DNA from: Allorhizobium sp.
GTDB taxonomy: Bacteria; Pseudomonadota; Alphaproteobacteria; Rhizobiales; Rhizobiaceae
NCBI GenBank assembly: GCA_965283865.1
Contig: CBDIQA010000001.1
Location: forward strand, 1,749,912-1,813,911
Direction: 5' to 3'
DNA: 64,000 nt
The notes beneath the pieces are model-generated. The model searched no databases. It was not told the DNA's origin and worked only from the letters and a program-made list of their open reading frames with translations. The position numbers and the translations under genes were made by a program. Of the stretch, positions 33,072 to 43,344 are shown piece by piece (within the stretch, counting starts at the first letter, position 1; the number at the start of each line of letters is the position of its first letter).

Positions 33072-33704
33072 ATGACAACGATGATCGGCTTCACCGACAC
33101 GGACAAGAGCACAAGTGCTGTGCTGGAGGACGTGATCCGTTCCATGGACGAGGAGCATATCACGCTCCGCCAGATCCTTGAGAAGATGGGCGAAAGCGGG
33201 CTTTTACTGCTCTGCGGTCTTCTGTCCCTGCCGTTTCTCGTGCCGGTTTCCATCCCGGGTGTCTCGACCGTGTTCGGCGCCGGGATCGTCTTGATCGGCA
33301 TTGCCGTCACATTCAATCGCTTCCCCTGGCTGCCGTCCAAGCTTGCGGATCGCAAGCTTGAGCGTAGCAAGCTCGTGCCGGTGCTGGAGCGTGGCCTGAC
33401 GATCCTGCGCAAGGTCGACCGCTATGTGCGCCCACGTCTGCTGGGTCTGACGACGGGCGGTCTGGTCAGCCGGATCAACGGCCTCGTGCTGACTTTTGCC
33501 GGCGTGCTGTTGATGATGCCGTTGAGCTTCATTCCGTTTTCCAACACGCTGCCCGGTGTCGCGATCCTGCTGCTCTCGACGGGCATTTCGCAGCGCGACG
33601 GTGGCGTTGTGCTGGCAGGGCATCTGCTTGTGGTGCTGCCGCTGCTCTATTTCGGCGGTCTTGCCTGGGCGGCTTATGCTGCCGGAAACAGCCTGCTCGG
33701 CTGA
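33072..33704 (+). CDS. exoD: ExoD family exopolysaccharide synthesis protein
   Basis: LPFLVPVSIPGVSTVFG, PWLP, IPFSNTLPG, RDG motifs. Confidence 0.85.
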   Translation: MTTMIGFTDTDKSTSAVLEDVIRSMDEEHITLRQILEKMGESGLLLLCGLLSLPFLVPVSIPGVSTVFGAGIVLIGIAVTFNRFPWLPSKLADRKLERSKLVPVLERGLTILRKVDRYVRPRLLGLTTGGLVSRINGLVLTFAGVLLMMPLSFIPFSNTLPGVAILLLSTGISQRDGGVVLAGHLLVVLPLLYFGGLAWAAYAAGNSLLG

Positions 33705-33710
33705 CGGGTT

Positions 33711-36404
33711 TCAGGCCGTCCGCTGCCAGAGGGTTTCGCGTTCGCCTGCATGTTTGCGCGCGAAGTCCATCAGAGCGTCGGCGCTCATCGGCCGGGCAAG
33801 GGCATAACCCTGCAGTGTATGGCAGCCGAGATCACGCAGGATCGCGGCGTGTTCCATGGTCTCGACGCCTTCCGCAACAATGCCGACGCCGAAGGATCGG
33901 CCGATATCGACGATCGAGCTGATCAGGCGGCGCTGCGCGGGGTTGTCGACGATCGGGGCCACCAGCTGCCGATCAATCTTCAGACGGCTTGGCGAGAGTT
34001 TGATCAAGGAGAGGATCGAGGCGTAGCCGGTGCCGAAATCGTCGATCTCGACTGAGATGCCATGGGCGCGGATACGCTCCAGGCTTTCAGCGACCGCATC
34101 GACCTTGTCATCAAACGAAATCGATTCGAGCAGTTCGAAGGACAGGCTGCCGGGTTTCAGCGACAGCGTGTCCAGATGGCCGATGAGGCGATCGTCGAAC
34201 AGGCGCTGGGCGGAGATGTTCACCGAAACATGCTCGATATCGAGATTGGCTGCGCGCCAGCGGGCCAGCTGAAACAGCGCCTGGTCAAGGATGCTTGCAT
34301 CGATCTGGGCGACGACGTTCAGGCTTTCGGCGATTTCGAGGAAGGCAGCTGGCGGAAGAATGCCCTTCTTGGGGTGACGCCAACGGGCGAGCGCTTCCAC
34401 ACCGTTGATGGCGAGCGTGCGGGCATCGAATTGCGGCTGGTACCAGGCGATGAAGTCGTCATCCCCAAGCGAGCGGAGAATGGCGTCGGCGGTTTGCTTG
34501 ATGTTGATGGTGCGGGCGCGAAGCTGGTCGTTGAAGCGTTCAACACGATTGCGGCCGCGTCGCTTGGCCTCGTAGAGGGCAATGTCGGCATTCACCAGCA
34601 ACTGCTCTGACGACAAGCCGCGCTCGGTCTTGTCGGCAATGCCGATGGAGGCTCCCACGCGGCATTCATGGCCCTCGTAGACAATCGGCGTGTTGACGGC
34701 GGTGATGAGTTTACGCCCGACGACATCATGATCCACGTCCAGGGTGCAGCCTTTGCAGGCGATCAGGAATTCGTCGCCGCCGATGCGGGCTACAAAGTCG
34801 CCGGGCTTGACCAGGTTTCGCAGTTCGTGTGCCACATGGCGCAGGATGGCGTCGCCGGCACCATGGCCGAGGGTGTCATTGATTTCCTTGAAGCGGTCGA
34901 GGTCCACTTGGAGCACAGTCAGGCGCTCACCGGACGCATTGCTTTCCTGGACGAGCTCTTCGAGACGCTGGTCGAGATAGCGGCGGTTGGGCAGTCCGGT
35001 CAGGGCGTCATGCAAGGAGTTGTATTCCATCCGCTTTCGCGCCGATTCCAGCTCCTCGTTGCGCTGTGCGGTCTCTTTCTGGGCGCGGCCCAGTTGCTCC
35101 TGCAGGGTTACGTCAGCGCTGACATCCCAGTTGACGCCAAGCAAGATGGTCTCGTTTTTCTGATTGCGATAGGCTGTACCGACGGTCCGAAAGTGCACCG
35201 TTTTACCATCGGGGCGGGTGACGCGGAAGCGGCCTGAATAGGAGCCATGGTTTTTGATCGCGGCTGCCATCCCCTGCTCGATCGCAGCGACATCGTCGGG
35301 ATGAACCATCGAACGCCAGAGGTCCTGGTTGACCGGCGTGTTGAGCGGCAACCCGTAGAGTTGGTAGATGCGGTCGTCCCAAAACAGCTCATTCGTGCCG
35401 GTATCCATTTCCCACACGCCGATCCGCGAGGATTCCAGCGCTGCGCCCAGGCGGTGAGACATGGCTCTGAGCTCTTCTTCCCGTTGACGAAGGGCTGCGT
35501 AATTCCGCTGCCTTTCGTACATCAAGAGGGCCACCCAGATAACGCTGCCAGCAATCAGGAGTGACACCGTCAGTATCGCAACACGAATGAGGAAGTCTTT
35601 GCCGCGCGCGGTACCCCAGCCCTCTTTGGGTACTGCCGAAATTGTCCATTTCTCGTTGCCGAGACCTACGGTCATGGCGACTGGATCATTCGCCAAGATG
35701 TGTCCATCGCCATAGATCAGGCTCGTGTTACCTGTGATCTGGTTATGGTCCGTGATGGCGATTGAGACGGGAAGATCGGGAGCCCGCAGGCCGCTGTCGT
35801 CGTAGAGGCGAGCGAGATCGACGATACCGCCTAGGGCGCCCCAAAAGACACGATTGCCCTCGTCATTCGTGATTGAGACAGGCAGGGTAACGATGAGGCC
35901 CTGGCTCCCATCCCTGAGGGGCAGTGGGCCACTGAAGATCGTGCGACCCTCTTCCCGCAACTGCCGTGCCGCTTCTTCGCCGCCGGGAGGGGGCAAGATC
36001 CAGTGGCCGATATAAGACTTGTTCTGTTCGTAGGGAAAGACGAAGCTCGTGATGAGATTGGGCGCGGCGGCGACGTTGCGGATCTGCGATGGCACTTTGA
36101 GCAACTGGGTGGCCAAGGCTTCGAAGCGTGGCTGTGTCACATAAGGTTCCGCGCCGATCACCGCCACCAGACCCTGCAGAAGCTTCACATCGGAATTGAT
36201 ATTGGCTTCAAGCTTGGTTCGGATCAGGCCGAGACGTTCCTCAACGGTATTGCGCGCTGCTTCCCGACTGAGCCTTTGCTGCTGGAGATCGGCATAGAAA
36301 GCCGAGAGTGCGACGCCGGCAAGGACAATCACGCTCGGGATCAGGATCTGAAGGCGCGAGCGCATGGGCGACACGCCGTCTGTCGTCTTGCTCTTGATCG
36401 CCAT
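33711..36404 (-). CDS. CHASE-PAS-GGDEF-EAL c-di-GMP signalling protein
   Basis: TM-CHASE-like periplasmic region-TM; PAS (IGVWE, VHPDD); HDALTGLPNRR, RIGGDEF, VEALARW, DDFGTGYAS; start MAIKSK with RBS AGGAG. Confidence 0.9.
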   Translation of the reverse strand: MAIKSKTTDGVSPMRSRLQILIPSVIVLAGVALSAFYADLQQQRLSREAARNTVEERLGLIRTKLEANINSDVKLLQGLVAVIGAEPYVTQPRFEALATQLLKVPSQIRNVAAAPNLITSFVFPYEQNKSYIGHWILPPPGGEEAARQLREEGRTIFSGPLPLRDGSQGLIVTLPVSITNDEGNRVFWGALGGIVDLARLYDDSGLRAPDLPVSIAITDHNQITGNTSLIYGDGHILANDPVAMTVGLGNEKWTISAVPKEGWGTARGKDFLIRVAILTVSLLIAGSVIWVALLMYERQRNYAALRQREEELRAMSHRLGAALESSRIGVWEMDTGTNELFWDDRIYQLYGLPLNTPVNQDLWRSMVHPDDVAAIEQGMAAAIKNHGSYSGRFRVTRPDGKTVHFRTVGTAYRNQKNETILLGVNWDVSADVTLQEQLGRAQKETAQRNEELESARKRMEYNSLHDALTGLPNRRYLDQRLEELVQESNASGERLTVLQVDLDRFKEINDTLGHGAGDAILRHVAHELRNLVKPGDFVARIGGDEFLIACKGCTLDVDHDVVGRKLITAVNTPIVYEGHECRVGASIGIADKTERGLSSEQLLVNADIALYEAKRRGRNRVERFNDQLRARTINIKQTADAILRSLGDDDFIAWYQPQFDARTLAINGVEALARWRHPKKGILPPAAFLEIAESLNVVAQIDASILDQALFQLARWRAANLDIEHVSVNISAQRLFDDRLIGHLDTLSLKPGSLSFELLESISFDDKVDAVAESLERIRAHGISVEIDDFGTGYASILSLIKLSPSRLKIDRQLVAPIVDNPAQRRLISSIVDIGRSFGVGIVAEGVETMEHAAILRDLGCHTLQGYALARPMSADALMDFARKHAGERETLWQRTA

Positions 36405-36525
36405 CGTCTCCTGCGTGAGGGTTGGCGGGGGAGATCCCGTCAGCTCCAGTGCAGGCGATCGTGGAGTATAGCGTTGAACAAATCCTGAATCGGCTGAAGA
36501 AATATCGCGTTTTTCTTTCTCCAGC

Positions 36526-36557
36526 AGCATATCCGGCCCGTCAGGGCCGGATATGCT
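36526..36557. terminator. Stem-loop downstream of preA
   Basis: AGCATATCCGGCCC-GTCA-GGGCCGGATATGCT, 14-bp perfect stem. Confidence 0.55.
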
Positions 36558-36567
36558 TGGGACGCTA

Positions 36568-37881
36568 TTATTCGGCGGCCTGCACCGACATGGGGTTGTT
36601 CGGATGGGTCGTCCAGTTGGCATAGTTTGGATCAACGGGGCGGCCAGTGCGCTGGTCCAGGGTGCCTGCCTCTAGGCCGACCATGGTGATGCAGTTCTCC
36701 ACGGGACAGACGTTGACGCAGAGATTGCAGCCAACGCATTCGTCTTCCATCACCTCGAAATGCCTGACGCCATCGACCATCGACGTGATTGCCTGGTGGG
36801 ACGTATCCTCGCAGGCGATGTGGCAGCGACCGCACTTGATGCAGGCATCCTGGTCTATATGGGCCTTGGCGATGTAGTTGAGGTTGAGATACTGCCAGTC
36901 GGTGACGTTGGGCACCGCGCGGCCACAGATGTCGTCGAGGCTCTGATGGCCCTTGGCATCCATCCAGTCGTTGAGGCCCGAGATCATTTCCTGGACGATC
37001 TTGAAGCCATAGGTCATGGCGGCCGTGCAGACCTGCACGTTGCCGGCGCCGAGCACAAGGAATTCGGCAGCATCGCGCCAGGTGGTGACGCCGCCGATGC
37101 CTGAAATTGGCAGGCCATAGGTTTCCGGATCGCGGGCGATTTCTGCGACCATGTTGAGGGCGATCGGTTTGACGGCCGGGCCGCAATAGCCGCCGTGTGT
37201 GCCCTTGCCGCCGACGGTGGGCGAGGGGGCAAAGCTGTCGAGATCCACCGAGACGATCGAGTTGATCGTGTTGATCAGCGAGACGGCATCCGTGCCGCCG
37301 GCCTTGGCGGCGCGGGCGGGCTTGCGGATGTCGGCGATATTAGGCGTCAGCTTGGTGATGACGGGCATGCGGGTGTATTGCTTGCACCAGCGCACGACCA
37401 TCTCGATGTATTCCGGCACCTGACCGACGGCGGCACCCATGCCGCGCTCGGACATGCCGTGCGGACAACCGAAGTTGAGCTCGATGCCATCAGCGCCGGT
37501 CTCTTCGACCAGCGGCAGGATCGCCTTCCACTCTTCCTCGACGCAAGGAACCATGATCGAGGCGACGAGCGCCCGGTCCGGCCAGTTCATCTTGACCTGT
37601 TTCATCTCCTGCAGGTTGACCTGCAGGGGACGGTCGGTGATCAGTTCAATGTTGTTCAGACCAAGCAGCCTGCGGTCGGCGCCCCAGATCGCGCCGTAGC
37701 GCGGGCCGTTGACGTTGACGACCGGTGGGCCTTCCGAGCCCAGCGTCTTCCAGACGACGCCGCCCCAGCCCGCCTTGAAGGCGCGCTCGACATTGTAGGC
37801 CTTGTCGGTCGGTGGGGCAGAGGCCAGCCAGAACGGGTTGGGCGACTTGATGCCGACGAAGTTGTTTCTCAGATCAGCCAT
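36568..37881 (-). CDS. preA: Dihydropyrimidine dehydrogenase subunit PreA
   Basis: NPFWLASAPPT, NNIELI, ELNFGCPHGM, KLTPN; two C-terminal CxxCxxCxxxC Fe-S motifs. Confidence 0.95.
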   Translation of the reverse strand: MADLRNNFVGIKSPNPFWLASAPPTDKAYNVERAFKAGWGGVVWKTLGSEGPPVVNVNGPRYGAIWGADRRLLGLNNIELITDRPLQVNLQEMKQVKMNWPDRALVASIMVPCVEEEWKAILPLVEETGADGIELNFGCPHGMSERGMGAAVGQVPEYIEMVVRWCKQYTRMPVITKLTPNIADIRKPARAAKAGGTDAVSLINTINSIVSVDLDSFAPSPTVGGKGTHGGYCGPAVKPIALNMVAEIARDPETYGLPISGIGGVTTWRDAAEFLVLGAGNVQVCTAAMTYGFKIVQEMISGLNDWMDAKGHQSLDDICGRAVPNVTDWQYLNLNYIAKAHIDQDACIKCGRCHIACEDTSHQAITSMVDGVRHFEVMEDECVGCNLCVNVCPVENCITMVGLEAGTLDQRTGRPVDPNYANWTTHPNNPMSVQAAE

Positions 37882-37908
37882 TGTTCAAATCCTCTCGAGA
37901 GCGGTGCG

Positions 37909-39274
37909 TCATGCGACAGCTGTTGCGCCCGCCGTGGAAACGGCGAGAGAGCGGTTGATGCTTTCGGCCGCATCGCGGCCCATGGCGACGGCGGACACCG
38001 TCAAATCCTGGCCTCCGAAGGCGCAGTCGCCGCCGGCCCAGACACCCGGGATGGAGGTGCGGCCTTCGGCGTCGATGGCGATCTTGCCGCCTTCGATCTT
38101 CAAGCCGTCCAGCCCCTGGCCGTCGAGCTTCTGGCCGATCGCGACGAGGATCTGATCTGCCTTGATCTCGGTCGTGTGGCCGGTGCCTTTCATCATGCCG
38201 TTTTCGAGATGGGTGTATTCGAAGGTAATTGCCGAACAGTGGCCACTGTGGTGGGCAACTTCCTTCGGTTGCAGCCAGTGGCGGATGTGGACGCCCTTGG
38301 AGGTCGCCAGATCCTGCTCGAATTCCGAGGCGTTCATGTGTTCCTTGCCGCGGCGGTAGCAGATGGTGACGTTCTCGGCGCCGAGCAGCTTGGCTTGCAC
38401 GGCGGCATCGATCGCTGTCATGCCGCCGCCGATGACGACGACGTCTCGGCCAACGGGCACGTCGGCCTTATCGTCGGCCTGGCGCAGCCTTTCGATGAAG
38501 TCTACGGCATCCGTCACGCCGTTGATCTGGGCGCCGGGGATGTTCAGGCCGTTGCACGTTGCCGAGGCCGGCGCCGATGAAGACGGCGTCGTGCTTGGCC
38601 TTGATGTCGGCGAGCTTGAAGTCGATGCCCATCTCCTGGCCGTCCAGCACATCAATATTGCCGAGCGACAGGATGTAGTCGACTTCCTGCTGTGCGAAGT
38701 CGTTGGGCGTCTTGTAGGCGGCGATGCCGTATTCATTGAGGCCGCCGGCCTTTTCACGGGCTTCGTAGATCGTCACCTGGTGGCCGTGCAGGGCCAGCCG
38801 ATGGGCGGCGGCGAGGCCGGCAGGACCTGCGCCGATGATGCCGACCGTTTCGCCCGATGGAGGCTGCCGGGGAATAGAACTGGCGGCCTTCTTCGATGGC
38901 CATCGTCGGTGGCGTAAGCGTTGCAGGCGGCCGATTTCGACCGGGCGCTCTTCGGCCGTGTTGCGCACACAGGCCTCCTCGCAGAGCGTTTCGGTGGGAC
39001 AGACGCGGGCGCACATGCCGCCGAGGATGTTCTGGTCGAAGATGGTCTTGGCGGCGCCGAGCGGATTGCCAGTCGATATCTGCCGGATGAACATCGGGAT
39101 ATCGATGGCGGTGGGACAGGCCGTCATGCAGGGCGCGTCGTGACAGAAGTAGCATCTGTCGGAGGCGACCAGGGCCTCATGGCCGCCGAGGCGAGGATGC
39201 AGGTCGGAGAAATTTTTCGCATAATCGGCAGCGTCAAGCCGCCCGGCCTTAAGGCCTGGTTCCAGTCTTCGCAT
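37909..39274 (-). CDS. preT: Dihydropyrimidine dehydrogenase subunit PreT (GltD-like), frameshifts near 38915 and 38555
   Basis: RCYFCHDAPC, CARVCPTETLCEEAC, IGAGPAGL, VIGGGMTAIDAA, AGGDC spread across frames. Confidence 0.88.
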
Positions 39275-39332
39275 CGCAGTTCCCTCTTTTATATTCGAAG
39301 CGATGCAGGGAAGCGTAACGCAGGTTCAAACT

Positions 39333-39348
39333 TTTATCAAACGGTAAA
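39333..39348. promoter_or_regulatory. Second RutR-like operator upstream of preT
   Basis: TTTATCAAACGGTAAA (minus strand TTTACCGTTTGATAAA) about 60 bp upstream of the preT start. Confidence 0.5.
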
Positions 39349-39453
39349 AAATTGGATTCGGGGGCGCCGCAGCCCCTGAGAATGCTGGATAGTTGACCTT
39401 CATCAATCCTAGGTCCTGCCGACATACGCCGCGGAATGAACGGTGTAAAAACA

Positions 39454-39468
39454 TGAGTGTGAGCTTCA
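39454..39468. promoter_or_regulatory. Possible RirA iron-responsive operator (IRO)
   Basis: TGA-N9-TCA (TGAGTGTGAGCTTCA) preceded by an A-tract, about 100 bp upstream of the DUF2325 gene. Confidence 0.35.
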
Positions 39469-39566
39469 ACTATATACTTTACTCGAATTGTCATGTTTTG
39501 TATGGCTTCACCTCAGGCGGCGTTACCATCGCGGCCTCCGATCGATTTTCTGGGAGACGGGACAGC

Positions 39567-39962
39567 ATGGCGAAGAAGAAAAAGCAGGCGGGTAAGAAGG
39601 CGGCAGCGGAGACTTCCTCGGTTGTAGCGACGCCGAAGACGCAAGCAGAAGTGCGCAGCTTTCTCTATGTCGGCGGCAGGGATTGCCAGGTCGCGCATCT
39701 CCGGCAGATCGCCAGCAATTTTGGTGCGGAACTTATTCACCACGATGGGGGGTTACGAGAAGCGGTATCGCGAATCGACACGGTGCTACCCTCCGTCGAC
39801 TGCGTCTTCTGCCCTATCGACTGCATCAGTCACGATGCGTGTCTGCGCGTGAAGAGCGGTTGCAAGAAGTTCGGTAAGACTTTCATTCCGCTGCGAAATG
39901 GCTCGAAATCCAGTCTCGAGCGCGCGCTGCAGACGCTGAATGAAAGGAATACGGACGGATGA
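39567..39962 (+). CDS. DUF2325 domain protein
   Basis: LYVGGR, HHDGG, DCVFCPIDCISHDAC, CKKFGKTFIPL. Confidence 0.85.
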   Translation: MAKKKKQAGKKAAAETSSVVATPKTQAEVRSFLYVGGRDCQVAHLRQIASNFGAELIHHDGGLREAVSRIDTVLPSVDCVFCPIDCISHDACLRVKSGCKKFGKTFIPLRNGSKSSLERALQTLNERNTDG

Positions 39963-40225
39963 GCAGGGACGGTTTTGAAAAGAGTGGCATGGCCTCGTTT
40001 CACGAGCTTGCACGACAGCGCGGCGAGGGGCTCCTTCCGGAGCTCGCCGAGGCAATCTTGCAACGCTCTCAGGAAAGTGAAGTGACGAATTGTGAAATCG
40101 TCACTTTGCCGGGCTTGCATGAACGAAAGTCCGCACCCATGTACGTCAATGTGAACCGGGCCCCCGCCCTTATCATCGATTTTCCCGCGCCCAGATGGCA
40201 GCGGAACGCCAACGCCCGGTCGTAG
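39959..40225 (+). CDS. Small hypothetical protein
   Basis: 88-aa ORF coupled by an ATGA overlap to the DUF2325 gene. Confidence 0.6.
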   Translation: MSRDGFEKSGMASFHELARQRGEGLLPELAEAILQRSQESEVTNCEIVTLPGLHERKSAPMYVNVNRAPALIIDFPAPRWQRNANARS

Positions 40226-40271
40226 ACGTTTCCTGAGCCAGTCTCATGCGGGAAACAGAGGAACTTTCCGC

Positions 40272-40658
40272 ATGAACGTCCAGCCTCCCGTTGCGAAGAC
40301 GATCCTCAACGCAGTCCCGATCCTCCCCTCCCTGAATTTTGCGGAAACACGCAATTTTTACGTCGAGTATCTCGGTTTCGAAGACGTCGGCTTCGACGGT
40401 CTCGATTATCTCGTGGTCCGTCGAGACGGCATGGAGCTCCATTTCTGGTTGAGTGACGATCCCCTCCAGTGCCAGAACAGCTCGGTCTTCTTCCGCGCTG
40501 ATGCGCCGACCGAGATCTATCGCGATTTCTGCGACCGTGGGATCGAGGCCATCCGCCCGGCCGACTGCCAGGATGGCAGCATTCGGTTCCACGTGCGTGA
40601 CCCGCATGGAAACCTTCTGATGTTCTCGGGCATGGGCGCGCCTGCGCTCGCGCACTGA
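40272..40658 (+). CDS. Bleomycin-resistance/VOC (glyoxalase) family protein
   Basis: VPILPS...FYVEYLGF, RDGMELHF, FHVRDPHGNLLMF. Confidence 0.85.
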   Translation: MNVQPPVAKTILNAVPILPSLNFAETRNFYVEYLGFEDVGFDGLDYLVVRRDGMELHFWLSDDPLQCQNSSVFFRADAPTEIYRDFCDRGIEAIRPADCQDGSIRFHVRDPHGNLLMFSGMGAPALAH

Positions 40659-40704
40659 GTCTTTTCAAGCGCTTTCAGGCTTCCGCTGAGCTTCCAGCGG
40701 AAGC

Positions 40705-41079
40705 TCAGTTTCGTCTCGACATTGCTGCACCGACCGCCAACAGAAGCCAGGATGCGATAAGCGTCATGCCGCCTGTTGGCGCAGCCATGGGAAAAAGGCC
40801 CGCGCCTGCGAAATGACGAGCAACGAGATCGCCGGCGAAGAGCGCCGTCCCTAGAGTCATCCCCAAAGCCCCCAGACCCGACAGCCTCAGCCGCTCGCCT
40901 GCAAGGGAGAGCGCGAGCAATGCCGGCGCATGCGCGAGGCAAATGGTCGAGGCGGGGCGTAGCAGAGCCTCGCCGCCTGCGTGGCTTGCTGCGGCGGCAA
41001 GGCCGACCCCGGCGGCACCGATCAGTCCGGCAGCGATTGCCGCCCAGCGGTAGTCCCGGATCATCGCCATCTGGGTCAT
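40705..41079 (-). CDS. DUF423 family membrane protein
   Basis: AAAASH, HAPALL, LFAGDL, APTGG motifs. Confidence 0.8.
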   Translation of the reverse strand: MTQMAMIRDYRWAAIAAGLIGAAGVGLAAAASHAGGEALLRPASTICLAHAPALLALSLAGERLRLSGLGALGMTLGTALFAGDLVARHFAGAGLFPMAAPTGGMTLIASWLLLAVGAAMSRRN

Positions 41080-41465
41080 TCCTTGTTCTGCATGTGAAAA
41101 GCGAGCTTTTCGATGGGCGGCCAGATGATCTCGCGCAGCTTCGGATGCTCCACGGTTTCGTCGAGCGCCCGGCGGAAGCACAAGAGCCATTCGTCGCGCT
41201 CGACCGGGCCGATCTCGGCGACGAAATGGCGACGCCGGAGCATCGGGTGGCCACGCTTCTGCATATAGATCGGCGGGCCGCCGAGATAACCGGTGAGATA
41301 TTCGTAGAATTTCTCTTCGCTGCCCGTCAGATCCGGCGGATGCACGGCCCGGCAATGGGCTGCCTCGGGGAGAGTGTCCATCAATTCGTAGAAGCGGCGC
41401 GTGAGTGCCTTGACGGTCGGGTCTCCGCCAATCGCTTCATAAAGGGTAATTGTCTCGTCGCTCAT
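41076..41465 (-). CDS. Group II truncated haemoglobin (GlbO-like)
   Basis: LYEAIGG, RRFYELM, YLGGPPIY, GHPMLRRRH, RDEWLLCF, HMQN. Confidence 0.92.
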   Translation of the reverse strand: MSDETITLYEAIGGDPTVKALTRRFYELMDTLPEAAHCRAVHPPDLTGSEEKFYEYLTGYLGGPPIYMQKRGHPMLRRRHFVAEIGPVERDEWLLCFRRALDETVEHPKLREIIWPPIEKLAFHMQNKE

Positions 41466-41637
41466 GCTGTGTCGTCCTCAGGTGAGGTCTTTTCGCGCTT
41501 TCCACGGCGTGTTGCAACGGGGCAGAGCCTTGCGTGGCAATCCGGCGCAGTCGCGGTGCCGCCTTGCAACAAAAGCAGGGGACATGGGCCCCTGACCATG
41601 CCATAAGGGCGCCGATTTCCAGCAGGCGCCCTCATCC

Positions 41638-43259
41638 ATGATCCGCATCGAAAACATCTCCAAGCAGCTCAGCCACCGCATCCTCTTCATCGAGGCATCC
41701 GCCGCCTTGAACCGGGGTGAGAAGATCGGCCTTGTCGGGCCGAACGGCGCGGGCAAGACCTCGCTCTTCCGGATGATCATCGGCCACGAGCAGCCGGACG
41801 AGGGGCAGGTCTCGGTCGATAAGGGCGTCACCATCGGCTATTTCAGCCAGGATGTCGGCGAGATGTCCGGGCGCTCGGCTGTGGCCGAAGTGATGGACGG
41901 GGCAGGGCCGGTAAGCATCGTGGCCGCCGAGTTGCGCGAGCTGGAGGCCGCCATGGTCGATCCGGATCGCATGGATGAGATGGACGCGATCATCGAGCGT
42001 TATGGCGAGGTGCAGGCGCGCTACGAAGAGCTCGACGGCTACGGACTGGAGGGCAGGGCGCGTGAGGTTCTGGCCGGTCTCTCTTCTCCGAGGCCATGAT
42101 GGACGGCGATGTCGGCGCCCTCTCCGGGGGATGGAAGATGCGTGTGGCGCTTGCCCGCATCCTGTTGATGCGCCCCGACGTGATGCTGCTCGACGAACCG
42201 TCGAACCATCTCGATCTCGAAAGCCTGATCTGGCTCGAGCAGTTCCTGAAAAACTATGACGGCGCGCTGTTGATGACCTCGCATGACCGCGAGTTCATGA
42301 ACCGCATCGTCAACAAGATCATCGAAATCGATGCGGGGCAGCTCAACAGCTATTCCGGCGACTATGAATTCTACGAGGGCCAGCGGGCGCAGAACGAGAA
42401 GCAGCAGCAGGCGCAGTTCGAGCGTCAGCAGGCGATGCTGGCCAAGGAAATCAAGTTCATCGAGCGTTTCAAGGCGCGGGCATCTCATGCTTCCCAGGTG
42501 CAGAGCCGGGTGAAGAAGCTCGAAAAGATCGACCGCGTCGAGCCGCCGAAGCGCCGTCAGGTGGTGGCCTTCGAATTCCAGCCGGCCCCGCGTTCCGGTG
42601 AAGACGTCGTCAGCGTCAAGGGCGTCTCCAAGCGCTATGGCGACAAGGTGATCTATGACGGCTTCGACTTCATGGTCCGCCGCAAGGAACGCTGGTGCAT
42701 CATGGGCATCAACGGGGCCGGCAAGTCGACCCTTCTGAAGCTGGTCGCCGGCGATTCGAAGCCGGACGAAGGCACTGTCGCAATCGGTGCCAGCGTGAAG
42801 ATGGGCTATTTCGCCCAGCATGCCATGGACGTGCTCGATGGCGAGATGACGATCTTCGAGATGCTGGAGACGAGCTTCCCGCGCGCCGGCCAGGCCCCGC
42901 TGCGGGCGCTTGCCGGTTGCTTCGGCTTTTCCGGCGATGATATCGAAAAGCGGATCCGTGTGCTCTCGGGCGGCGAGAAGGCCCGTCTGGTCATGGCGAT
43001 GATGCTGTTCGACCCGCCGAACCTTCTGGTCCTCGATGAGCCGACCAACCACCTCGATCTCGACACCAAGGAAATGCTGATCAAGGCGTTGTCGCAGTTC
43101 GAAGGCACCATGCTCTTCGTCAGCCACGACCGCCACTTCCTGGCAGCCCTGTCGAACCGCGTCCTCGAGATCACGCCGGAAGGTGTGTTCCAGTATGGCG
43201 GCGGGTACACAGAGTATGTGGAGCGCACCGGCCACGAGGCGCCGGGGCTGCGGAGCTGA
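41638..43259 (+). CDS. ABC-F family ATPase, frameshift near 42080-42097
   Basis: Two ABC cassettes (GPNGAGKT...LSGGWKMR...LDEPSNHLD; GINGAGKS...LSGGEKAR...LDEPTNHLD), no TM segments. Confidence 0.9.
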
Positions 43260-43281
43260 GGCTCAACAGCTTTGAAGACGT

Positions 43282-43321
43282 AAAAAAGCCCGAGGTTCTA
43301 TTGCGATCCTCGGGCTTTTTT
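43282..43321. terminator. Bidirectional rho-independent terminator between ABC-F and galE
   Basis: AAAAAAGCCCGAGG...CCTCGGGCTTTTTT between convergent genes. Confidence 0.85.
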
Positions 43322-43344
43322 CATGTCGGGAAACGGGATTTGTT

